A stretch of 64,000 nucleotides of DNA from Histomonas meleagridis 2922-C6/04-290x (lineage: Eukaryota > Protista > Parabasalia): contig JAANOX010000224.1 in assembly GCA_020184695.1 (NCBI GenBank), positions 186,001-250,000 on the forward strand. The letters are read 5' to 3'. Positions within the stretch are counted from its first letter, which is position 1; every line of letters starts with the position of its first letter. The translations under genes and the position numbers were made by a program. The notes beneath the pieces are model-generated. The model was not told the origin of the DNA. It saw only the letters and a list, made by a program, of their open reading frames with translations, and did not search any database. Below are positions 31,326-42,030 of this stretch, one piece after another.

Positions 31326-33667
31326 ATGTTTTTTATCCATACATTTCAAAGTTTTCATGAAGCTACAGGAATATTTGATATATATAATTCAAATGAATTT
31401 AGTGATATTAGTGAAGGAAATATTGACAAAGAAAAAATCAAATATGTTATAATTCAAAATGGTATTACAGAAATTCCAAAAAATGCATTTGAAGGATGTA
31501 TTTCATTAATCAATGTTTCTATTTCGAATTCAGTTACAACAATTCAAGAAAGTGCATTTTCAGGATGTTCTAGTTTAACTAATATTATTATTGGAGAAAA
31601 TGTTACTGAAATTGGAAGTCATGCATTTGAAAATTGTATTTCATTAAATAATATTATAATTCCAAATTCAGTTACATCAATTCAAGAAAGTGCATTTTTA
31701 GGATGTTCTAATTTAACTAATATTATTATTGGAGAAAATGTTACTGAAATTGGAAGTAATGCATTTGAAGATTGTATTTCATTAATTAATATTATAATTC
31801 CAAATTCAGTTACAACAATTCAAGAAAGTGCATTTTCAGGATGTTCTAGTTTAACTAATATTATTATTGGAGAAAATGTTACTGAAATTGGAAGTAATGC
31901 ATTTGAAGATTGTATTTCATTAATTAATATTATAATTCCAAATTCAGTTACAACAATTCAAGAAAGTGCATTTTTAGGATGTTCTAATTTAACTAATATT
32001 ATTATTGGAGAAAATGTTACTGAAATTGGAAGTAATGCATTTGAAGATTGTATTTCATTAATTAATATTATAATTCCAAATTCAGTTACAACAATTCAAG
32101 AAAGTGCATTTTTTTAGGATGTTCTAATTTAACTAATATTATTATTGGAGAAAATGTTACTGAAATTGGAAGTAATGCATTTGAAGATTGTATTTCATTA
32201 ATTAATATTATAATTCCAAATTCAGTTACAACAATTCAAGAAAGTGCATTTTTAGGATGTTCTAATTTAACTAATATTATTATTGGAGAAAATGTTACTG
32301 AAATTGGAAGTAGTGCATTTCAAGGATGTATTTCATTAATTAATATTACAATTCCTGATTCATTTCCAATAAGTGAAAGTAATATATTCCAAGATTGTAC
32401 GAATCTTCAATTTATTAAAGTATCTGTAAATAACACGAAATATTCCAATTATGAAAATGATGGAATTATTTATAATAAAAAAACATTACACAAATTATTT
32501 ATTGTCCGAAAGGTAAAAACGACAATTTCGATACCAAATAGTGTAACAAGGATTAATGATGAAGCATGTCGATCTTGTACATCATTAATTAATGTTACAA
32601 TGGCAAGTTCAGTTCAAACTATTGGTTCAAATGCATTTTATAAGTGTTCTAATTTAAAGATAGTTAATAGTGAAGAAGGTGTTTACACCATTGGTTCATC
32701 ATCATTTCAGTCATGTTCTTCATTAGAATATATTGAAATTCCTGATTCAGTTACAACAATTGAAAGTTTTGCATTTTATCAATGTTCTAATTTAAACACA
32801 GTTTTCATAGGTAAAAATGTCACAAAAATTGGTTCTAGTGCATTTCGTGATTGCATTAAACTTCAGTGTATTTATTATTATGGAGGAACACTTCCTGCGA
32901 TTGGAACAGATGCATTTACTAATATTCATACCACATATGTAATGACATTGGATTATTTTTAATAGTGAAGAAAACTCTAAATTTGGTGAATTAAGTATTT
33001 CGAAAGGAACAACAATTGATGAATGCAATCCGTGGCCAACGCATACGTTTTCATCATCAAACACATTCTCAAATACATTTACAAACACATTTTCGCAATC
33101 CGACACGTACTCTCAATTGAATACATATTCGCAATCGAATACATTTTCTTATTTGCTTCCAGAAAATATTACATTTAGCACAACCAACTCATTTATTATT
33201 AATTTAAATATTTCCAACACATTTTCGTTGATATTGACATTATCATTCACACAAACAATTTCAATTTTTATTTCTTCATTTTCAAATTCATTTTTTTGAT
33301 ATCATTTACTAACGACAATCGCGTTTATATTCCAACATTAATAATTTATTATGATTATACAATTGTTTCATATTCATTTTATTTCAGCTTTTATACGAAT
33401 TTCTTTACAATTTTACATCAAACAGAAACAAATCCATCTAAAGACAATGCAATTATTATCACAGCTGTTTGTGTTGCAATTGTAGTAGTTATCATTATAA
33501 TTTTAATTATTTTTTTGTTAATCAGAATTAAAAACAAAAAGCGTCTTAATGAATCAGAATCAACAAAAAGTTTGGAAGAACAGAACGGATTTGATAGCAA
33601 AGATACGTTTGCTGCAGTAATGAATTTGTCGAATGTTGAGGAAGATTCGTTTGCACCTGATTTTTAA
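31326..33667 (+). pseudogene. BspA-like (TpLRR) type I surface protein split over four frames by homopolymer indels
   Basis: TpLRR repeats (IIIPNSVTTIQESAF.GCS.L), an S/T-rich stalk, TM AIIITAVCVAIVVVIIIILIIFLL, and a tail ending EEDSFAPDF. Frame breaks fall at T7 32109-32115, T5 32956-32960 and T7 33291-33297. Confidence 0.8.
31533..32330 (+). repeat. Intragenic tandem repeat of 138 bp (two LRRs, 46 aa), about 6 copies
   Basis: Unit starts GTTACA at 31533, 31671, 31809, 31947, 32085 and 32225; spacings are 138, 138, 138, 138 and 140. Confidence 0.92.
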
Positions 33668-34380
33668 GGAAGATAATAAAATGATTTTATGAGTAAATAA
33701 GCGAATGTTAAATTATTTTTATCGAATCTCATTCACAAGTTAAATAATGTAAAGATATTAATAAGTGAATGAAGCTATAAATAAGTTATATAAAAATAAT
33801 TTTTTTCCATAATTAAAAATAGTATGTGAATAGTATTAAATATATTCAGTATATATTAGAAGGTATATTATTGATTATTTTTTCATTCTGAGTTACCAAA
33901 TTAAAAAAAAATTAACTTTATTTCCCAATATGTTTCGTAGAAATCTTGAAATAAATTATCAGTAGATATCACCATGAACGAATCATGATCATGTAAATTT
34001 TAGCAATATTTCAGATGATGAAGTTTAAACTATTTATAATTTGAATACAAATCAACCAATACAAGCAAATATGCTAATACAGTTCAAAACCGTGAACATT
34101 TACATGAACAAAATAATGGATATGAATCACTATTCGAATTTTATTGAATAATATCTCGTGGTATGTTATAATAAAATGAATTCAAAATAAAGTAACAAAT
34201 AACACAACATTCAAAGCTCCCAGTAAGTATAAATGAGTCACTAAACAAAGATTTAAGAATACAAATTGATATGAATTCGACATTTAAATGCATACAATTG
34301 AAATTTGTTTTCAAATTTTATCGCAGTATTCAATTTTTATCGATGAAGTGACAAAAATATTAATCATTTTTATTATTGTT

Positions 34381-35094
34381 ATGAGCAAGCCATACATTGT
34401 ATGCCACATGATTTCTGCACTTGATGGTAAAATCACAGGGCCATATCTAAAAACACCTGAGCATGATATATCAGGCAAACATTATGAATCAACCCATCAA
34501 TCTTACCATCCAGATGCTTGGTTATGTGGTCGTGTTACAACAGATCAAAACTTTACAATGTATGCCAAACCAGATATTGATGAAAATTCACCTGAAGTCC
34601 CTGAAGGAGATTATGTGGCCAAAGACAATTGCGAATCGTATTATGTTTCTGTTGATACATCAGGTCGCATTGGCTGGAGAACTAATACACTCAAATATCT
34701 TAATCGCCCTGATTCACATATTATCGAAGTTTTAAGCGAAAAAGTTCCAAATTCATATCGTGCATTTCTACGCAAATATGAAATATCATATATTATAGCA
34801 GGCAAGGAACACCTTGATTGCCAAGTTGCAGTTGAAAAACTCCAAAAACTTTTCCATATTAAAACATTAATGGTTGAAGGCGGAGGGTTCATTAATTATA
34901 CTTTTTTACAATCTGGATTAATAGATGAACTTAGTATGATTATTATACCTGTTGCAGATGGCGAAAATAACACTGTAACTCTTTTCGAAAGATCGGATTT
35001 CATGGATCCTAAAACATTTACATTTTCATTAAAAGATGTACAAAAGCTTGAAGGAAATACTGTGTGGCTCAAATACACAGTGAATAAAAATTGA
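34381..35094 (+). CDS. RibD C-terminal domain (DHFR-like pyrimidine reductase family) protein, bacterial type
   Basis: MSKPYIVCHMISALDGKITG, WLCGRVT and LMVEGGGFINYTFLQSGLIDELSMIIIPVADG. No deaminase domain. Start set at ATG 34381. Confidence 0.85.
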   Translation: MSKPYIVCHMISALDGKITGPYLKTPEHDISGKHYESTHQSYHPDAWLCGRVTTDQNFTMYAKPDIDENSPEVPEGDYVAKDNCESYYVSVDTSGRIGWRTNTLKYLNRPDSHIIEVLSEKVPNSYRAFLRKYEISYIIAGKEHLDCQVAVEKLQKLFHIKTLMVEGGGFINYTFLQSGLIDELSMIIIPVADGENNTVTLFERSDFMDPKTFTFSLKDVQKLEGNTVWLKYTVNKN

Positions 35095-35841
35095 TTTTTT
35101 CGATATTATTTTTTGATAATAAATGCGTAGGAATTATGGAATCATTCTTTATACATTTTTACATGCTATTTCTACCTCTATTTAAAATTACATTATTTAT
35201 TCAAAATAAATCCATTGTAACTATATGAGGGATGTAATCCGATAATTCAAAATAGTTTCTTAAGTTGATGGATCATTTTTCAATTAATCATTTAATACAT
35301 AATAATTTAGATATTTTTTGATAAGATTTCAAAATCTTAATAAAATTATATTTAGGCCAAATGAAATATATATGAAAAAAAATAGAAATGATTCTGTAAT
35401 TACTAGATAGAATAACCATATAAATGAAAACATGTTATGAACCAACTAATATATGTATCTTTTGGTTCTCGAATGAATGATTTTAATATTTGTATAGATT
35501 TAAAATTTTTAAAGAAAAAGAAACTTACAAAGGGAAATTCAAAATAACTAATATTCTCGCAAATTTACTTCTTTGCTAGAACCATTTTTTTAAATCAATT
35601 GATTTAAAATTGCAATTTTTCATTATGTTTTGTACGTTTCATTAACTTTTTTGATTTTAAGTAATGAAAGCAAACGTTCAAAGAATGATTGGTAATTAAT
35701 TAGTGTCCATAATTTAAATGAAATTATTAGTTATCCATTCATACCATTAACAACATCATCTTTTTCTAATTCGAAATTTATATTTTTTTCATCGAAAATT
35801 CCTTTACAATAATTCTATTATAACAATTTATTAAATATAAC

Positions 35842-38800
35842 TTAATTGGGCTCAAAGTCATCATCGTCATCAGATTGCGATTCGTTTGTCGAGCTCACGT
35901 CCAACTTCGCGATGTACTGAATCCTGTCCACCACTTTCGAATTCGTCAAACCGAACAAGAACTCACCCGACATTCCCGCCTCCTTAAACGCGATTTTTGC
36001 GTCATCGCCGAACTCATCTCCCAAAATATTTATAATTGCGTCTGACGGTGTAACGCCGATATATTCCTTGAAGCGATTACTCAGTAACGACGCAACGAAA
36101 ATTGGATTTTTACCAATCGCTTCTATTTCGCATCGAAAGATTACATCTTGCGGAATGTTCTTGAAGAAGCAGGAAGGCGATATTTGGCTGATGTAACCAA
36201 TCGGATATATACATGAACTTGTCCTAAACAATGGATCTTTTAACACTTTTCCATAACATTCGATTTTTAAGTTTGATGATATTGTGATTACGTACGTGGA
36301 ATTACTCGTTGGATCTTTAAGCGCCGAATATCCTCGCGCTTGATCTATGATTAATGATGTAATGTTTAATTTAACTTGTGAAGAACTAAGAAATTCTGTT
36401 AAAACTTGTTCATTGACACTAAATGTTATTGATTTATCTAAATACCATTGCGTTATATCATTAATCCCATGCTTCATTATCGATATTATTAAGCTGCGAC
36501 TATCATTCGGTGTCCACCATTCTGGTAATAATTCAATTTTAATATATTCAAATGATGATTCTTTGATCGGTTGAAAATCTTCAATAAATCGATAGATCTT
36601 ATCCATATTACGAACGACAAATATTAGGTTTAAATAATCATTATTATTAACTTTGTTTTCTAATGATTGAACCAAAGGAAATAAGTCGTATCGTGGCATT
36701 GAATCCGGCGACGATAGGATTGAAAGGGCAACCGATAGAATTGAATTGACACATTCAAAAACTGATTCCTCAGAAACATCGGTGAATTCACCCAACGATT
36801 TGTTTGAATTAATTTCATTTGGAACACCGAAATTTGACAAGATATGAAATAGTTTAAAGATTTCATCTTCATTTAAAACAGTTCTTTTGATGATATCGGT
36901 ATGTAATTCCATCCATTGGTTTGGGGTTAAAGGTTGGAAACTTAAATCTAATTTCGGGAATTCATTAAATTGTCTTTCGATAGCTTGTACTAATAAAGAA
37001 ACTTTTTTCTCGACTTGTCTTCTTGTCATTGAATCATTTTTCTTTAGAAGTTCATTTTCATTAAAAATTGATTGTAAATTCTTGAAGCCATTTTTATCTA
37101 ATTCATATAACAAAGCATATTCACTAAGTGCATCTCCCCAAATAGGTTTAACATTTGGCCAATTAATACTTTTTTGTGTAGTTAAAAACAATGCTCTATG
37201 TAATTCAGCAAAGAATATAATCGAAGAAAACATTTTTTCGGCATTTTTCTCAATGATTACTGAGAATTTACCGAATTTTTTTAATGGGTCATCACTTGTA
37301 TTATCGCCAACTATTTCTAATAACAAGTTCATTGATTTTCGATCTTCTGGAGGTGAAAGTGTTAAAGCGCATTTAATGAAATCAAGTTGATTTTCTTTAT
37401 TTTGGAATCCATGATTAACTATACTTTGTACCATATGTCTTGCATAACTAACTTTATCAGATAATGCATTAGTTGATGATGTTATTGATACAGGGAATTG
37501 AGGCGGATGTAATAAATTATTCCAAAATTCTTTTTGTTGATTATAATTAATTTCGACTTCATTTATTATAATGTTTTGTTTTATGTTATTTTGAAGGATT
37601 TCATTAATTTCGGAATTATAATATTTGTTTATTGATTCATTAATCGAATCATTAAATATAATTTCGGATGTACCACGTAACATTAATTCGATGTCTTCGG
37701 CATCCATTTCATGTATAGATTCTGATTCATGATAATCAACTATAGATTTATCAAAACATGCTTGTGATGAATCTAATTCTAATTCATATGTACCTTCTAA
37801 AATTAATCGATAAATTTCACAATTCATATTCTCAGGGAAATAATAAAAATCATTATCATATATTATTATAGTATCAAATAATCGATGATCGATTTTATAC
37901 CCATTAATTTTCGAGGAAAATAATAATATATTTATATCGGGATTATTTTTATATGTTTCGATAATAATATTTCGTTCATCAGGTAATGTCATTTGATTTA
38001 TCATTAAATATTTAATATCTTTTAATTTCAAATATTCATTTAATATTTCTATGACATTAACTAATGAAGAAAATATTAAAATTTTCTTGTTTTCATTTAA
38101 TAAAATTGGTAAAAATTTATCAATGAAATACATTTTACCAGATGAATATATTATATTATTTTTATCTTCTGATAATTCTTTATATATGTTATTAATTAAA
38201 TATGGATGATTACATACTTTCCTTAGATATGAAATTAATGATATTAATGGTGTGTCTGATTCATCCGTTATAGGCTTTAAGAAGATATCTGTTTTTTGTT
38301 TAATTGCTTCAATATAAAGTTTCCTTTGGATATTAGAAGGATAACATAAAACAATTTTTTGATTATTATGTTCAATAACTTTTTCTATTTCATTTGGATC
38401 TCTTGATAATATATATTTATTAATAACTTCAACTAAATTATTTCGTTTAACTTCATCTTGTAAATCATAAACTTCAGTGAACTTTTGGAAGTTAATAAAA
38501 CGGAATTGATCCAAAAAATTCAACAAGAAAAATATCTTAAAAATATCCGGCTTTTCAAATAAATCAATTTCCATTAATATTACTGAATGTTCATATTTAA
38601 TTGTACGTAATAATTTACGTAATCGACCTCTTGAATTAGATAACTTAAATCCATCATCAATAACTATACAACGCCATTCTATATCAACAAAATAATTATA
38701 CATTAATATAAAGAAGTCATGAGAAATTATTATAACATCACTACGTATTGCATCATTTAAAAGATTCCCATTAACATCATATACATTCATTTCATATTCA

Positions 38801-40137
38801 ACAATGGTATTACGACTTGATGCATTCCCTTGGAATATAATAACATTAAAATCAGTCCATTCTTCTATTTGTTGTTTCCAATATTCAAGTCTTTTATTTG
38901 TTGTTAAGATTAAATATGGCCCATTAACTTCATATCGTTTAGATAAATAATTCAGCATTAGAATAACTTGTAATGATTTCCCAATACGTGTTAAATCACC
39001 TAATATACAATTAGTTTGTTCATGATAACATTTGATTAACCAATTTAATCCTTCTAATTGAAAGTCTTCTAATATTTGTCCTGATTTAGAGATCGTTTTC
39101 TCAGTAATAACTTCATATGATGTAATTAACGGTCGCTTCCATCGTGATGGGATTTTGCGTGTGTTATGTCGTTTCATACGTCTTTGGTAATCTTCAACAA
39201 GTTTTATGTTCTTAAAAACAGTTAATTGTTCAATGGTACACATGTCATAACTTAAGTCTCGCCATTTGATTAAAAAATTTGTGGTGACGTCATTCTTAAA
39301 TTCTGTAATGACACGATCTGCTTCAAACCAATTCGAACAAATATTCTCTTCTTCAATGTATAATAAGTTTGGGATTGATGTGGATTGGATTAATTGATGT
39401 TTCTCAGTTAATGATAAAAATGTTCTAAGGGCATTTTCGCCATTCTCAAGTTTCAAAATAGATGATTTGCTCATCCAAAGTGACGACAAATACGACTTGT
39501 CTTCAAATTTGACAAAATATTTGTTATCAATATCTGGAATTGAACTTTGCCCTATGATTCGTTGAACTACTAGTGCTGGATTATGTTCTTTAACTTCTAA
39601 AGGAGCAGTTATAGTTGGCTCAATAGATATATTAATTGTTGAATCTTCTTCTGAAGTATTAATTTGATTTTGTTGTATGTTGGGTGCTTGTTCTGGAATA
39701 GGTTCTTCAGGTTTTTCTTCTTCATCAGAATATTCATATTCATACTCATAAGCATAATCAGCATAATATTCATCTGAATTTTCAAAATCATAGTCAAAAA
39801 CTGGATTACGAATTTTTTGGTGAATATCTTTAATTTTTGCTGGTGGTCTACCTCGTTTTCTTTTTAGTTCAAATGTTGGATCATATTCATGTTCACTTTG
39901 TCCAGAAATTGCTGGTGAAGGAGTTAAAGACCTAGGTATTTTCGGTGGTCTCCCACATTTTCTTGGTTGATTTGTTGAATGTTGATCTCTACTATTTTCT
40001 GGTGTTTGAACACGTGGTGGTCTTCCACGTTTTTTCTTCCTAACTTCAATTTGCATTCCGTCTTCATCTGTTTCATTGAACGATTTTGGCTTTCGAACGT
40101 TTCTATGTGCTCGATCGTATACAAGTGACCAGCTCAT
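35842..40137 (-). CDS. CHD-like protein (AT-hooks, tandem chromodomains, degenerate SNF2 helicase, FYRN/FYRC)
   Basis: AT-hooks KRGRPPR, CGRPPK and KRGRPP. Chromo motifs YFVKFEDKSYLSSLW and FLIKWRDLSYDMCT. LEDFQLEGLNWL, LRKVCNHPYL and SSGKMYFIDKFL. C-terminal FYR motifs IYPIGY...FRCEI...GVTP...SGEFLFGL. Confidence 0.88.
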   Translation of the reverse strand: MSWSLVYDRAHRNVRKPKSFNETDEDGMQIEVRKKKRGRPPRVQTPENSRDQHSTNQPRKCGRPPKIPRSLTPSPAISGQSEHEYDPTFELKRKRGRPPAKIKDIHQKIRNPVFDYDFENSDEYYADYAYEYEYEYSDEEEKPEEPIPEQAPNIQQNQINTSEEDSTINISIEPTITAPLEVKEHNPALVVQRIIGQSSIPDIDNKYFVKFEDKSYLSSLWMSKSSILKLENGENALRTFLSLTEKHQLIQSTSIPNLLYIEEENICSNWFEADRVITEFKNDVTTNFLIKWRDLSYDMCTIEQLTVFKNIKLVEDYQRRMKRHNTRKIPSRWKRPLITSYEVITEKTISKSGQILEDFQLEGLNWLIKCYHEQTNCILGDLTRIGKSLQVILMLNYLSKRYEVNGPYLILTTNKRLEYWKQQIEEWTDFNVIIFQGNASSRNTIVEYEMNVYDVNGNLLNDAIRSDVIIISHDFFILMYNYFVDIEWRCIVIDDGFKLSNSRGRLRKLLRTIKYEHSVILMEIDLFEKPDIFKIFFLLNFLDQFRFINFQKFTEVYDLQDEVKRNNLVEVINKYILSRDPNEIEKVIEHNNQKIVLCYPSNIQRKLYIEAIKQKTDIFLKPITDESDTPLISLISYLRKVCNHPYLINNIYKELSEDKNNIIYSSGKMYFIDKFLPILLNENKKILIFSSLVNVIEILNEYLKLKDIKYLMINQMTLPDERNIIIETYKNNPDINILLFSSKINGYKIDHRLFDTIIIYDNDFYYFPENMNCEIYRLILEGTYELELDSSQACFDKSIVDYHESESIHEMDAEDIELMLRGTSEIIFNDSINESINKYYNSEINEILQNNIKQNIIINEVEINYNQQKEFWNNLLHPPQFPVSITSSTNALSDKVSYARHMVQSIVNHGFQNKENQLDFIKCALTLSPPEDRKSMNLLLEIVGDNTSDDPLKKFGKFSVIIEKNAEKMFSSIIFFAELHRALFLTTQKSINWPNVKPIWGDALSEYALLYELDKNGFKNLQSIFNENELLKKNDSMTRRQVEKKVSLLVQAIERQFNEFPKLDLSFQPLTPNQWMELHTDIIKRTVLNEDEIFKLFHILSNFGVPNEINSNKSLGEFTDVSEESVFECVNSILSVALSILSSPDSMPRYDLFPLVQSLENKVNNNDYLNLIFVVRNMDKIYRFIEDFQPIKESSFEYIKIELLPEWWTPNDSRSLIISIMKHGINDITQWYLDKSITFSVNEQVLTEFLSSSQVKLNITSLIIDQARGYSALKDPTSNSTYVITISSNLKIECYGKVLKDPLFRTSSCIYPIGYISQISPSCFFKNIPQDVIFRCEIEAIGKNPIFVASLLSNRFKEYIGVTPSDAIINILGDEFGDDAKIAFKEAGMSGEFLFGLTNSKVVDRIQYIAKLDVSSTNESQSDDDDDFEPN

Positions 40138-40232
40138 AGAACTGTCAGTTTTAGAATTGAGAAGTGTTCAGAATAATTGGTAAGTTTACATTTATCAAAG
40201 GACTCAAAATTTTGTAACAGCTGTCTCTCTTG

Positions 40233-42030
40233 CAACTTAATGAATTTAATGTGTTATCACTTATCAACTTAATGAATTTAATGTGTTATCACTTATCAAC
40301 TTAATGAATTTAATGTGTTATCACTTATCAACTTAATGAATTTAATATGTTATCACTTATCAACTTAATGAATTTAATGTGTTATCACTTATCAACTTAA
40401 TGAATTTAATATGTTATCACTTATCAACTTAATGAATTTAATGTGTTATCACTTATCAACTTAATGAATTTAATGTGTTATCACTTATCAACTTAATGAA
40501 TTTAATATGTTATCACTTATCAACTTAATGAATTTAATGTGTTATCACTTATCAACTTAATGAATTTAATGTGTTATCACTTATCAACTTAATGAATTTA
40601 ATATGTTATCACTTATCAACTTAATGAATTTAATATGTTATCACTTATCAACTTAATGAATTTAATGTGTTATCACTTATCAACTTAATGAATTTAATAT
40701 GTTATCACTTATCAACTTAATGAATTTAATGTGTTATCACTTATCAACTTAATGAATTTAATGTGTTATCACTTATCAACTTAATGAATTTAATATGTTA
40801 TCACTTATCAACTTAATGAATTTAATGTGTTATCACTTATCAACTTAATGAATTTAATGTGTTATCACTTATCAACTTAATGAATTTAATGTGTTATCAC
40901 TTATCAACTTAATGAATTTAATGTGTTATCACTTATCAACTTAATGAATTTAATGTGTTATCACTTATCAACTTAATGAATTTAATGTGTTATCACTTAT
41001 CAACTTGATGAATTTAATATGTTATCACTTATCAACTTAATGAATTTAATGTGTTATCACTTATCAACTTAATGAATTTAATGTGTTATCACTTATCAAC
41101 TTAATGAATTTAATATGTTATCACTTATCAACTTAATGAATTTAATGTGTTATCACTTATCAACTTAATGAATTTAATGTGTTATCACTTATCAACTTAA
41201 TGAATTTAATGTGTTATCACTTATCAACTTAATGAATTTAATGTGTTATCACTTATCAACTTAATGAATTTAATGTGTTATCACTTATCAACTTAATGAA
41301 TTTAATATGTTATCACTTATCAACTTAATGAATTTAATGTGTTATCACTTATCAACTTAATGAATTTAATATGTTATCACTTATCAACTTAATGAATTTA
41401 ATGTGTTATCACTTATCAACTTAATGAATTTAATGTGTTATCACTTATCAACTTAATGAATTTAATATGTTATCACTTATCAACTTAATGAATTTAATGT
41501 GTTATCACTTATCAACTTAATGAATTTAATGTGTTATCACTTATCAACTTAATGAATTTAATGTGTTATCACTTATCAACTTAATGAATTTAATGTGTTA
41601 TCACTTATCAACTTAATGAATTTAATGTGTTATCACTTATCAACTTAATGAATTTAATGTGTTATCACTTATCAACTTGATGAATTTAATGTGTTATCAC
41701 TTATCAACTTAATGAATTTAATGTGTTATCACTTATCAACTTAATGAATTTAATGTGTTATCACTTATCAACTTAATGAATTTAATATGTTATCACTTAT
41801 CAACTTAATGAATTTAATGTGTTATCACTTATCAACTTAATGAATTTAATGTGTTATCACTTATCAACTTAATGAATTTAATGTGTTATCACTTATCAAC
41901 TTAATGAATTTAATGTGTTATCACTTATCAACTTAATGAATTTAATGTGTTATCACTTATCAACTTAATGAATTTAATGTGTTATCACTTATCAACTTAA
42001 TGAATTTAATGTGTTATCACTTATCAACTT
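40233..42030. repeat. Tandem satellite: 56 full copies plus 6 nt of a 32-bp unit CAACTTAATGAATTTAAT(G/A)TGTTATCACTTAT
   Basis: The period is exactly 32 with no indels (40233 + 56 x 32 = 42025). Only two unit positions vary (position 19 G/A, position 7 A/G). No spacers. Confidence 0.97.

Noticed and set aside
40233-42030. CRISPR array
   Set aside because: The 32-bp units are contiguous with no unique spacers, there are no cas genes, and the context is eukaryotic.
40233-42030. Coding repeat or telomere
   Set aside because: The unit is rich in stop codons on both strands, is not a multiple of 3, is not G-rich, and has ordinary genes on both sides.
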